From Squalus acanthias (Eukaryota), in contig CM059425.1 in NCBI GenBank assembly GCA_030390025.1, positions 175,958,001 to 176,022,000 on the forward strand: a stretch of 64,000 bases of DNA, given 5' to 3'. The notes under the pieces were generated by a model, which searched no databases, was not told the origin of the DNA, and saw nothing but the letters and a program-made list of their open reading frames with translations. The translations under genes were made by a program, and so were the position numbers. Position 1 is the stretch's first letter. Every line of letters starts with the position of its first letter. Shown piece after piece: positions 1 through 12,121 of this stretch.

Positions 1-256
1 AGTCAGGAGGTGAGACACTCGCCACAGAATACCTAGCCTCTGACCTGCTCTTGTAGCCACAGTATTTATGTGGCTGGTCCAGTTAAGTTGCTAGTCAACG
101 GTGACCCCCAGGATGTTGATGGTGGGGGATTTGGCGATGGTAATGCCATTGAATGTCAAGGGGCGGCGGTTAGACTCTTGCTTGTTGGAGATAGTCATTG
201 CCTGGCACTTGTGTGGCGCGAATGTTACTTGCCACTTATCAGCCCAAGCCTGAATG
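1..256 (-). mobile_element. Non-LTR retrotransposon (CR1/L2-type LINE, 'family 2'), 3' portion; resumes at 7949-8725 after the CR1 insertion
   Basis: Near-identical by eye to 58430-58685. The minus translation contains QAWADKWQVTFAPHKCQAMTISNK (RT C-terminus). Confidence 0.85.
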
Positions 257-357
257 CCATAGAAACGTAGAAACATAGAAGATAGGAGCAGGAGTAGGCC
301 ATTCGGCCCCTCGAGCCTGCTCTGCCATTCAATGCGATCATGGCTGATCATCCAAAT

Positions 358-3180
358 TCAGTACCCTGTCCCTGCTTTCTCCCCATATCCCTTGATTCCC
401 TTAGCCTTAAGAAATATATCTAACTCCTTCTTGAATATATTTAATGAATTAGCCTCAACTGCCTTCTGTGGTAGAGAATTCCACAGGTTCACCATTCTCT
501 GGGTGAAGAAATTCCTCCTCATCTCAGTACTAAATGGCTTACCCCTTATCCTTAGTCTGTGACCCCTGGTTCTGGACTCCCCCGCCATTGGGAACATCCT
601 TCCTGCATCTAGTCTGTCTAGTCCTGTTAGAATTTTATAAGTTTCAATGAGATTCCCTCTCATTCTTCTAAACTCTAGCGAATATAAGCCTAATCGACCC
701 AATCTCTCTTCAAACGTCATTCCTGCCATCCCAGGTATCAGTCTGGTGAATCTTCGCTGCACTCCCTCCATGGCAAGAACATCCTTCCTCAGATAAGGCG
801 ACCAAAACTGCACACAATACTCAAGATGTGGTCTCACCAAGGCCCTGTACAACTGCAGCAAGACATCCTTGCTCCTGTACTCGAATCCTCTCGCTATGAA
901 GGCCAACATACCATTTGCCTTCTTAACCGTCTGCTGCACCTGCATGCTTACTTTCAGCGACTGGTGCACAAGGACACCCAGGTCTCGTTGCATTTCCCCT
1001 TTTCCCAATCTATTGCCGTTCAGATAATAATCTGCCTTCCTGTTTTTGCCACCAAAGTGGATAACCTTGCATTTATCCACATTATACTGCATCTGCCATG
1101 CATCTGCCCAATCACCCAACCTGTCCAAATCATACTGGAGTTTCTCTGCATCCTCCTCACAGCACACACGCCCACCCAGCTTTGTGTCGTCTGCAAACTT
1201 GAAGATATTACATCGAGTTCCCTCGTCTAGATCATTTATATATATTGTGAATAACTGGGGTCCTAGCACCGATCCCTGCGGTACCCCACTAGTCACTGCC
1301 TGCCACTCGGAAAAAGACCTGTTTATTCCAACTCTTTGCTTCCTGTCTGCCAACCAGTTTTCTATCCAAGTCAGTACCTTACCCCCAATCCCATGTGCTT
1401 TAACTTTGCACGCTAATCTCTTATGCGGGACTTTATCGCAAGCCTTCTGAAAGTCCAAATACACCACATCCACTGGTTCACCCTTATCTATTCTACCAGT
1501 TACATCCTCAAAAAATTCCAGTAGATTAGACAAGCATGATTTACCTTTTGTAAATTCATGTTGATTTTGTCCGATCCTGTCACTGTTTTCCAAGTGTTCT
1601 GCTATTACATCTTTTATAATGGACTCTAGCATTTTGCCTCTAGCATGTCAGGCTTACCGGTCTATAATTCCCTGTTTTCTCTCTGCCACCTTTTTTAAAT
1701 AGTGGGTTACATTAGCTACCCTCCAATCCATGGGAACTGTTCCAGAGTCTATAGAATTTTGGAATATGACCAGCAATGCATCTATTATTTCAAGGGCCAC
1801 TTCCTTAAGTACCCTAGGATGTAGATTATCAGGCCCTGGGGATTTATCGGCCTTCAATCCCGTCAATTTCCCTAACACCATTTCCCTACAAATACTGATT
1901 TCATTCAGTTCCTCCCTCTCATTAGACCCTATGTACCCCGACCTCTCTGGGAGGTTAGTTGTGTCCTCCTTTGTGAAGACAGAACCAAAGTATGTATTAA
2001 ATTGGTCTGCCATTTCTTTGTTCCCCATTATAAATTCCCCTGATTCTGACTGCAAGGGACCTACACTTGACTTCACCAATCTTTTTCTCTTCACATATCT
2101 ATAGAAGCTTTTACAGTCAGTTTTTATGTTCCCTGCCAGCTTACTCTCATACTCTATTTTCCCCCTCTTAATGAATCCCTTTGTCCTCCTTTGCTGAATC
2201 CTAAACTGCTCCCAATCCTTAGGTTTGCTGCTTTTTCTGGCCAATTTATATGTTCTCTCCTTGGATCTTATGCTATTCCTAATTTCCCTTGTTAGCCACG
2301 GTTGAGTCACCTTTTTTGTTTTATTTTTATGCCAGACAGGGATGAACAAATTCTGTAGTTCATCCATGCGATCTTTAAATGTTTGCCATTGCCTATCCAC
2401 TGTCAACCCTTTAAGTAACATTCCCCAATCCATCCGAGCCACTCGCGTCTCATACCATTGTAGTTTCCTTTATTTAAATTCAGTACCCTAGTCTCTGAGT
2501 CAACTACTACTTCACTCTCCATCTTAATGAAGAATTCTATCATATTATGATCGCTCCTCCCCAAGGGGCCTCGCACAACAAGATTGCTAATTAATCCTTT
2601 CTCATTACAAAATACCCAGTCTAAGATGGCCTGATCTCTAGTTGGTTCCTCGACATATTGGTCCAGAAAACCATCCCGTATACGCTCTAGGAATTCCTCT
2701 TCCACAGTATTGTTACTAATTTGGTTAGCCCAATCTATATGTAGATTAAAGTCACCCATGATAACTGCTGTGCCCTTATTGCACGCATCTCTAATTTCCC
2801 ATTTAATGCCATCCCCAACCTCAGCATTACTGTTTGGGGGTCTGTATACAACTCTCACTAACATTTTCTGCCCCTTGGTATTTCTCAGCTCTACCCATAC
2901 AGATTCCACATCATCAGAGCTAATATCCTTCCTTACTATTGTGTTAATCTCCTCTTTAACCAGCAATGCTACCCCACCTCCTTTTCCTTTTTGCCTGTCA
3001 TTCCTGAATATTGAATACCCCTGGATGTTGAATTCCCAGCCTTGGTCACCCTGGAGCCATGTCTCCGTAATCCCTATTATATCATATCCGTTTACATCTA
3101 TTTGCGCAGCTAATTCATCCACCTTATTATGAATGCTCTTTGCATTAAGACACAAAGCCTTCAGGCTTGTTTTTTTAACA
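358..3180 (-). pseudogene. CR1 ORF2 (APE endonuclease + reverse transcriptase), frameshifted into three ORFs
   Basis: EN motifs IIGITETWL, VYRPP, MGDFN and SDHN (2403-3180). Linker at 1654-2442. RT motifs YLDFQKA, GVPQGSVLGP and FADD (358-1632). Confidence 0.92.
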
Positions 3181-3674
3181 CTCTTAGACCTTTTAAAATT
3201 ATTGGGCCAGAAATTGATCTGGCTCCGTTCCCGCGGGTGTAAGGAGCAGGCGCGGTAATACATACCGCGTCTGCCGTTTCGTCTTTTCCACGTTGAAAAT
3301 TCATCTTCTGGCTGATTGAGTGCAGGGCAGCGTATGACGTCACACTGCCCTGCAGCGCAGCGTGCGCGTTGCATCGCGTGCGATGTGGAGTGAAGACACG
3401 CCCATTAAGGTCTCTTTTCCATAGGCCACGCCCCCGATTTTTTTCTCCACTGAAACCATTGTACAGCTGCTGAAGACACAGTTTTCTCACTGTTTTAGGT
3501 GGAATTTGCAGTAAGTAGGATTTAAATGCATGGTTTTGTAAACTTTTAAAGATTTTTAGCATAATTTGAGTAATGTTAAACATTTGCAAAGAGATTTAAA
3601 GTAATTTAAATAGTTTTAAAAGCACAGAAATCATTTTTTTCAGAGATTTAACTGTTTATAATCAGCAAACGAAA

Positions 3675-4331
3675 TTGGCTGCTATCAGCACTATCCAATT
3701 TATCAAAATAACACAGAATTTCAGTGATGATGATCTCCGTACACTTCTTGACGAGGTAGAATCGAAACGTTCACGGATAATTGGAACTCAGAAGTCCAAG
3801 CCGCCGCGAAAAGGCCAAATGGCAGCGTGGAAAGAGGTTGCTCAAAGTGTGAGCGCAACCTCGACCATTCCACGTACAGCTGAGCAATGTCGCAAAAAAT
3901 TCAGCGATTTATATCGAACGCTGAAGGTTTGTATAGTTATAACAAAAGTCAATGTTAAAATGTCTTAACATTTAAAATGAAAAGCCTTGAAAAAGTGTTT
4001 GTTTGCTAAGCTGAGTTAACTGAAGTCACAAGATGCTCCCATAAATTTTTATGGCTTTTGTAGCCAGGCAAGTCTCATAAAATGCTAATGTCATCTTGAT
4101 TGAAATGCTTTGAGTTGCTTACTGAGTCCTCTTGAAGGACTGTTGCAGAAACCCAATGTGGAAGTGCAGCTTAGTAAAATAAATGAGTCTCTTGAAGGAC
4201 TCATGCGAATAATTTCTGCTGCAATTACTGTGACTCCATCAGAACCAACCTTACCTGCTCCCAGCGCAGAATCAGTGCAGGTCCAAGAGCCACCAACGAT
4301 GATGCAATCAAGAAAGCGCAAGAGACGTTAG
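3675..4331 (+). pseudogene. Harbinger Myb/SANT-like gene remnant (exon 1 to 3926, terminal exon piece 4110-4331)
   Basis: NFSDDDLRTLLDEV...WKEVAQSVSA...RTAEQCRKKFSDL is followed by the donor AAG|GTTTGT. Basic C-terminus SRKRKRR. Confidence 0.85.
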
Positions 4332-4835
4332 GGTGTTGCATGTTCCACAATGCACATCCATTGACCCTCAGGAATAGTTTATTTGTGGTTAAATTTTTCA
4401 AGTGTTTAATTTTTAGTTTTATTTAAAACTTACATGTTTACATTTTTCTTTATTTATATATATATTTGACACTGAAACTGAAAGTTAGCTTTTCATTGAA
4501 AAAGTACAGCCTTTAGTCACTTTATAAAAATTCAAATTGTTTATTTTCACAAAAAAATTGAACATTTAAACTTGTTTACATTTAGGAAAGAGTTATTTCC
4601 CATCTTGAATGTCTTTACTGCATTAACGAAGCAAAAAAGTTACTGAGAACTGTTAACAAATTTTTAAAAAACCTATTTCTGTTTACGATTGTTTACAAAG
4701 TTGAAAAGTAGCTAGTTAACATTGAAAAGTTATAAACTATGTAAAGCAACAATGAACCTCAGAAGTCTGTAATGCTGCAATAAAAGAGCACTGTTTCACT
4801 TTAAATTGTGTCTGTACCTTTATTTGCCTTGCTGG

Positions 4836-5060
4836 TGGAGAGGGAGGGGGAGAGGGAGGGGGAGGGGGAGAGGGAGGGGGAGAGGGAGGGGGAGGGGGAG
4901 AGGGAGAGGGAGGGGGAGAGGGAGAGGGAGGGGGAGGGGGAGAGGGAGGGGGGGAGGGGGAGAGGGAGGGGGGAGGGGGAGAGGGAGGGGGGGAGGGGGA
5001 GAGGGAGAGGGAGGGGGAGAGGGAGAGGGAGAGGGAGGGGGAGAGGGAGGGGGAGCGGGA
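4836..5060 (+). repeat. Polypurine (GGAGAG/GGAGGG)n tract
   Basis: About 225 bp composed almost only of G and A. Confidence 0.95.
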
Positions 5061-5074
5061 GGTACAAGGCGACA

Positions 5075-5545
5075 CTACCTCGTGAAGGTGTTGGCTACCA
5101 GCTGCTCCCGAGCAGCCTTACTTTGAGCAGCAGTTGGCTCTTCCCCATCATGCCTTCCCACAGGCACATTGGCATTGTCCACGTCCTCCATTTCTGCAGG
5201 TAGTTCATCTGCAGCGTTAAGGGTCAGTCCTTCCTGCAGGGCAAAGTTATGCAAAGCACAACAGGCCACCACAATCTTTGCCACTTTCTGAGGAGAATAC
5301 TGCAAGGTCCCCCCTGACCTGTCCAGGCACCGGAAGCGTGATTTCAGAACTCCAATTGTCCTCTCCACCACTTGCCGTGTGGACACGTGTGCCTGGTTGT
5401 ATCTCTCCTGAGCCTCATTATTGGTCTTGCGGTAGGGAGTCATCAGCCATGGTCTTAGCGGGTAGCCCTTGTCACCCAATATCCATGCGGATCCTGGAGG
5501 CAATGCGTTGAGGACGCCATATAAGTCAGAGTTACGGAGGACGAT
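5075..5545 (-). pseudogene. Harbinger (HARBI1-like) DDE transposase, C-terminal fragment only
   Basis: WILGDKGYPLRPWLMTPY, VVERTIGVLKSRFRCL and IVVACCALHN. The N-terminal half is missing. Confidence 0.9.
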
Positions 5546-6489
5546 TGCAAAAGGGCATCTTTCTCTCACACAGGCTTCCTCCTCAAACTGAAAGTTGTAA
5601 TGAAAAAATGGAAATAGTTGTTAAAGTAACTTTAGTTAAGTGAGTGGCTATAAAATCAGGTCAGGCTATGGTGGGACACGTGCGCTATCAGCTTGGGAAC
5701 ACATCTACCCGCCACACGGCCCTAGCTGATTTTCCAAAACTGTAACATTTTCATAAATTCATACATACATACATACATACTTACTTACTTACTCATTTTC
5801 ATCTTTAAAACTTTTTGAAACGTAAACAGTTCATTTTTAAACTTTCATTTTCACAGATAGATACCTAAATATGCCTTGTACACACCCACAGTTGCTATAC
5901 TACTCCAAATGGTCAAAACCCGTTTAAAAAATTTTTTTTTTAAAACTCTTAACTTATATAAGACTTCATTTAAAACTTTTGTGTCTTTCAGATTTAAAAA
6001 ACTCACCTCAGTAGCCACACTCCAAAAGGATTTCTTCCTCCTACTATCTCGGTAAATGTATAAATGGCTGCTGCTCCTGGTTTTAAAATGTGTAACTGCT
6101 AGGAGCTTACACACACTACTCTCATTCACAAAATACATGAATTTTCCGACGCACGCGCAGAATCACCAGCCCACGCGATTACTCGCATATCCATGAAACT
6201 GACCAGACATGAAGTGCCGGTTTTCAGCGCATGCGCAGTGCATGCAGAAAACCGGCAATTGCAGAGGGAATACGCGAGTGTACGCAGTGCGTACTCTCGC
6301 GCACCAGGATGAATTTTTGGGCCAATGTTTACTGTGGCTATGTTTGATTTACACCCTTGATTTCTCTGCCTTCCACTTTTGCTTTTCTCCTTCCTGTCTT
6401 TTGCTTCTATCCTTGCTTCCCTTTCCTCTATCTCCCTGCACAGGTTCCCAACCCCCTGTCATTTTAGTTTAAACCCTCCCCAACAGCAC

Positions 6490-7414
6490 TAGCAAACACT
6501 ACCCTGAGGACATCGGTCCCGGTCCTGCCCAGGTGCAAACCGTCCAGTTTGTACTGGTCCCACCTCCCCCAGAACTGGTTTCATGTCCCAGGAATTTGAA
6601 TCCCTCCCCCTTGCACCATTCTTCTAGCCACGTATGCATCTGAAATATCCTTCTATTTCTACTCTGACTAGCACGTGGCACTGGTAGCAATCCTGAGATT
6701 ACTACCTTTGAGGTCCTATTTTTTAATTTACCTCCTAACTCCCTATATTCAGCTTTTAGGACCTCAACCCATTTTTTTACCTATATCGTTGGTACCTATA
6801 TGCACCATGACAACTGGCTGTTCACCCTCCCCCTCCAGAATGCCCTGCAGCCGCTCCGAGACATCCTTGACCCTTGCACCAGGGAGGCAACATACCATCC
6901 TGGAGTCTCATTTTTGGCCGCAGAAACGCCTATCTATTCCCCTTACAATAGAATCCCCTATCCCTATAGCTCTCCCGCTCTTTTTTCTCCCGTCCTGTGC
7001 AGCAGAACCACCCATGGTGCCAGGAATTTGGATGCTGCATCCTTCTCCCGATAAGCCATCCTCCTCAACAATATCCAAAGTGGTATATCTGTTTGAGAGG
7101 GGGATGGCCACAGGGGACACCTGCACTAACTGCCTGCGCCTACTACTCTGCCTGGCGGTCACCCATTCCCTTCCTGCCTGTGTAGCCTTTACCTGCGGTG
7201 TGACCAACTCATTAAACGTGATATCCACGACGTCCTCAGCATCGTGAATGCTCCAGTATGTATCCATTCGCAGCTCCAGCGCCGCAATGCGGTCTGCCAG
7301 TAGCTGCAGCTGGATACACTTCCCGCACACATGGTCGTCAGGGACACAGGAAGTGTCCCTGATTTCCCACATAGTGCAGGAGGAGCATGCCACGGGGCCG
7401 AGCTGTGCTGCCAT
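6490..7414 (-). pseudogene. CR1 ORF1 (Cys-rich zinc finger/coiled coil + SGNH-esterase-like domain), disrupted
   Basis: CSSC...CGKC followed by LADRIAALELR. IGDSIVRG esterase block I. In-frame stop at 6908. Confidence 0.85.
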
Positions 7415-7734
7415 GACTTACCCTTTAATTAATTTAAATTAAATTAAATCAAATCAATGCCACAAATTACACTACAATTAAATGATATAGTCAAGGGCCC
7501 TTGTTTACTAGCACTCCCCACTACACAACTGAGACCTTAGAAAGTATAACCACAAAATTAAGACCTTCTAAACTTTATAAACTATTAACCTTAACTGTCA
7601 AACTATAGCGCAGTATAAATACTCACCTGGCCGTACTCACCCAATCAGCTGCTTCCTCTTGCCCGTGTCACTTTTTGAATCGTGACGTGGCTCTGGAACG
7701 CCGCCGCCGGTCTGCGAGATTGGTAAGCCTCTGA

Positions 7735-7948
7735 AAAAAGCCCGTGAAAGTGAGTTTAAATACTCACTGTACCTTTGCTCTCTCCGCTCCCAACACCGGC
7801 ATCTGAATAAAGCCCGCGAAAGTGAGTTTAAATACTCACTGTACCGTCGCTCTCTCCGCTCCCGACACCGGCCTCTGCAAAAAAAGCCCGTGAAAGTGAG
7901 TTTAAATACTCACTGTACCGTCGCTCTCTCCGCTCCCGACACCGGCCT
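7735..7948 (-). repeat. Three tandem ~73-bp monomers at the CR1 5' end
   Basis: The unit AAGCCCGTGAAAGTGAGTTTAAATACTCACTGTACCGTCGCTCTCTCCGCTCCCGACACCGGC recurs at about 7738, 7810 and 7884. Confidence 0.9.
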
Positions 7949-8725
7949 CTGAATGTTGTCCAGGTCTTGCTGCATGCAGGCATAGACTGCTTCATTATCT
8001 GAGGAGTTGCGAATGGAACTGAACATTGTGCAATCATCGGCGAACATCCCCACTTCTGACCTTATGATGGAGGGAAGGTCATTGATGAAGCAGCTGAAGA
8101 TGGTTGGGCCTAGGACACTGCCCTGAGGAACTCATGTAGTGATGTCCTGGGGCTGAGATGATTGACCTCCAATAAGCACAACCATCTTCCTTTGTGCTAG
8201 GTGTGTCTCCAGCCAGTGGAGAGTTTTCCCCTGATTCCCATTGACTTCAATTTTACTAGGGCTCCTTGATGCCACACTTGGTCAAATGCTGCCTTGATGT
8301 CAAGGGCAGTCACTTTCACCTCACCTCTGGAATTCAGCTCTTTTGTCCATGTTTGGACCAAGGCTGTAATGAGGTCTGGAGCCGAGTGGTCCTGGTGGAA
8401 CCCTAACTGAGCATCGGTGAGCAGATTATTGGTGAGTAAGTGCCTGCTTGATAGCACTGTCGACGACACCTTCCATCATTTTGCTAATGATTGAGAGTAG
8501 ACTGATGGGGCGGTAATTGGCCGGATTGGATTTGTCCTGCTTTTTGTGGACAGGACATACCTGGCAGTTTTCCACATTGTCGGGCAGATGCCAGTGTTGT
8601 AGCTGTACTGGAACAGCTTGGCTAGAGGCACGGCTAGTTCTGGAGCACAAGACTTCAGCACGTCAGCCGAGCTGTTGTCGGGGCCCATAGCCTTTGTTGT
8701 ATCCAATGCGCTCAGCCGTTTCTTA
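7949..8725 (-). mobile_element. Family-2 LINE RT fragment, continuation of 1-256
   Basis: Colinear with 58680-59455. NYRPISLLS and ALDIKAAFD RT motifs. Confidence 0.88.
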
Positions 8726-11029
8726 ATAACATGGCGCCATCAGGGATGGGAGAAGATAACATCTTGAAAGTCTACCTACATTTATTTAAAATACAATAAT
8801 AAACCTTTCCTACTCATCAAGCAGAGAAATCTTAGTTTGGGAAATCGAACAACTTCCTTTCTTTGTATCCAGTTATAGTATGGCGCACTCCTAGGTTAGA
8901 TGTAGCACATCCCAGGTGCATGGTATGGCTTCCTCTACTTTTTTCAAGCAATGTACCTTAACCTCGGAGGAGCACTCCCTACAACATCAAGATGAATTTT
9001 GATTTTTCTGAATGAGTTTGCCAATTAGTGCTGAATTATGTGCAATATTGTGGTATGATCTTCTGCCCATGAGGAACTGAGTTGAAACTGTTGAAACTCA
9101 TTTAATGTAGCACCCTTACAACTGGCAGAGATGAGGACTTCTAGATCATCCAAACTGAGATGAATTGAAATACAGCTTTCAAAGACCTAACCTCTGTCTC
9201 ACCTTGAGCAGAACCTCAAGACATCTGCTAATAATTAAAAAAAAATCAAAACCATTTGCCTGGACAGTCACTGCTACTTCTTACAAATACCTCCAATGGG
9301 AACCCTTATGAGTGACAGAGTGCTGTGCATGTGTGAAAAGGCATTTTTCCCTATGACTATATATGCTAGAAAGTACCAGAGCATCTCAAATCTATCTAGA
9401 TTCAAATTGAGATGAATTTGGTTTCTTTCTAATAGATCGAAATCATCCAATTTCGGGCCAGTTGGAATAAGCATTTTAGTCTAGTACTCACCTATTTTGA
9501 GTATATCACCCTACAATTGATAAGAGAAATGGTTAACAGGTAATGGGACCCATATTCAGACTTATTAATAATGGTTGTCTGCAATAAATATTGGGTCTTA
9601 AAGGGCAAGGACTTAACAGAAAAAGTATTCGGTATACCTTTTCTGTTCAGGAGGAAGAGCCAGAATGACTGTGTATCATTTACTTCACTTTCCTGTCACG
9701 TTCAAGTAATGCTATGATGAGTTTGTATATGATTTATGTCATTGTTTCATGTTTGTAAACAAATAAAAAAGGTTGGGCAATCTTTTATGAAGCCAATGCT
9801 CCTTTAATCAAGCTTTAGATTACTTTTCATCCACAAAGGTAACAGATATATAGGTTTTAAGCTAATTAATGCACGAGTTAATACTGTGCTTTAAGTTTTT
9901 GAAGTAAACTACACTGACATGATCACACACGTGCTTTGCAGTCAAAAGATAATTTGGTGGTGAATTATCTGGGAGCTTCTTCTGCTCCCCCAGTGTAACT
10001 TCAGCGGAAGTGCGGTGGAAACTCTGCAGATACACGTAAAGGGGTTTCCGCCCCACTTCTGGCCAAATTATGGCATCTGAATGAGAGCAGCTCCAAGGAA
10101 AAATATAGCAACCCACCAAACCATAATTTATTTTATGGAAAGTCATCCGTTCATTGCTAGAATCAAAAGACTTGTAGACATCCCTACACAAGTCATTGTG
10201 AGAACTATACCCAATCCCGTGCTTCCAGCCAGTAGGCATGATTAAAGGGAAGGTGAGTTGGAATAGGGAGGCAATAATGTTGCGCTAATTTTCCAGCCGA
10301 CCTTCCCTTTGAGCATGGTTCTGAGCTGAGAGGGAGGGATGAAAATGTTCAATATAGGCTGCAGGGATTAAAGGGTTAATTTAGTGATGCTGTGCTCTCA
10401 GTGGGAACTGTGCTTGAATGGAGAGCGGGCCAGAGAAGTAATGCTGCAGTTTTTTGGTCCTTTCTCTGACCTGTGCTCCTTGCTGAGGCTGCAGGATCAC
10501 TGAACTTACCCTCATATTTCATTCTCTGTGTTCTCACTGACATGCAGCACGGTCAATTTAAAATTCTTAGCTTGTTCTGGCTCTGGAGATATGAAAATAA
10601 ATATGCCTCCATTGTATCATTTTTTAATTTGCTTCACATATCCAAATCTGTGTAATACCTTCACAGTATTTTTTCATCTTCCTGTTCAGAATTTATATAG
10701 CTTCTTGATTAAGAAGAGCATGCGTTTTGAGCTCTTCTGAGATATCTCCAGTTTGTTAAAAAATACCTTTTTGCACAGTGACCTGGTCAATTCTGTAGAT
10801 AATTCAGTAAAGGGACACCTCTGCCTAAAAGCCCCCTGTGTTTTCCAATCAATTAATTTTCTTGATGCTCTATGTTAATTCATTAGTTATATTAAATACG
10901 CGCTGATGATTCCACCTCCTGTAAGGGTCCCTTTTTTCCATTTTATTATGGTTTTAACTGTGACTGCAGTTCAAAATAATTCATAGGCTGTGAAACACTG
11001 ATGATGTAAAAGGCGCTATATAAACATAA

Positions 11030-11191
11030 GGGGGTAATTTTAACGTGGTGATATCGGCAACCTGTCATACCTCATGCCCAATTTTTCTTTACATTGAAGT
11101 CAATAGAAAGGAAAATGAGATGAGGAGTTTAACGGGCGGCCAGCCTGATATCACCCAATTTACACTATCAGCACAAGTTAAAATTACTCCC
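11030..11191. mobile_element. Short hairpin MITE, probably Harbinger-derived
   Basis: Termini GGGGTAATTTTAAC and GTTAAAATTACTCC. Central near-palindrome ATTGAAGTCAAT. Confidence 0.6.
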
Positions 11192-11194
11192 AAG

Positions 11195-11570
11195 TTCGTA
11201 CATCCATCTTTCTTTCTTTCTTTCCCTTGTCTGTGCACAAGAAGACCTTTGATTGTGTATTCCCTATTTCCTGTGCATCTGCTCTCACTCCTTCTCCTTC
11301 CTTTCACAACGACAAACTTCCTCTTGTCCTCACCTTTCATTTTATGAATCACACCATCTGTCATTTCCAGCATCCACACTGTGAACCGAGCACCAGCAGC
11401 AAATACACCTTCCCATCTGCTTCATGGAGGAATCACTGCCTGATTGTGCTGTTTCCGAAGAATGGTTATACCTGAAACATTCAACTATCCTCTTTCACTT
11501 ACTTGCGAATTTCTAGCATTTTCTGTTTTTATTTCAGATTTTCACCATTACAGTTTTCTTTTTACCTCTT
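11195..11570 (+). mobile_element. Decayed Penelope-like element fragment with a degenerate hammerhead-like motif (about 11451-11486)
   Basis: The translation SALTPS...DKLPLVLTFH resembles the post-RT linker of Penelope ORFs. It is followed by CCGAAGA...GAAAC and a tail that matches the reverse complement of 60410-60440. Confidence 0.6.
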
Positions 11571-12121
11571 GGGTCAAAGCTGTTTCTGTATCAGTGACAA
11601 AGATTTGGTACTTGGTCTGTAAATTTTCTGGAAAGGATAATCTTTCCTTCACGAGTATTTCCTTCTGCTTTCTTCTCTTGGTTCTCTCTAAAGTATCATT
11701 AACTAAAGATAACATCCCACTCACGAGTCATTACTCAGCGCAATAACGGCCTAAAGGAGTGAATGCATGTTAGCATTATTCAAAACTCACTTCAATTCTG
11801 ACATAGAGGATCAGGAGTAAGAAAGTATTTCATGAGTAAATTGCAGGCTGGTTTCGTTTGTTCAGGTTAAACACAAATTAATTGGTATTTTAGTCACTGC
11901 ACCAATGCGCTATGACAGGTTTCTTATGACCGAGGTTGATTCAATGTGTAAATTGAAGTAACTACATCAGAAGTAGCATTACCACCAAAAGAACCAAACC
12001 ACTAAACGTGGTAAATGAACAGTAACATTATAACATCGTGATTATTGCAATCTCTGATTAAAGAAACCACAGTCTCAACTTCTTGGAGGTCAATTTGCAA
12101 TGCAGTTTCCAGTCTCACTAA

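Larger units (their letters stand above)
3204..6323. mobile_element. Internally deleted PIF/Harbinger DNA transposon inserted between CR1 ORF1 and ORF2
   Basis: Imperfect TIRs: GGGCCAGAAATTGATCTGG at the left and GGCCCAAAAATTCATCCTGG (reverse complement) at the right. Flanks are ATT/AAT. Contains convergent Myb and transposase remnants. Confidence 0.85.
257..7948 (-). mobile_element. Near full-length CR1 LINE (5' tandem repeats, ORF1, ORF2, (TTCTATGT)n-type tail), split by a Harbinger at 3204-6323
   Basis: Tail at about 257-282, RT/EN ORF pieces at 358-3180 and an esterase-type ORF1 at about 6490-7414. CTGAATG occurs at 250-256 and 7949-7955, where the host LINE is interrupted and resumes (7-bp TSD). 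Confidence 0.9.

Noticed and set aside
4737..5203. Pro-rich, RG-rich and ER-rich ORFs
   Set aside because: They are translations of the polypurine microsatellite, not genes.
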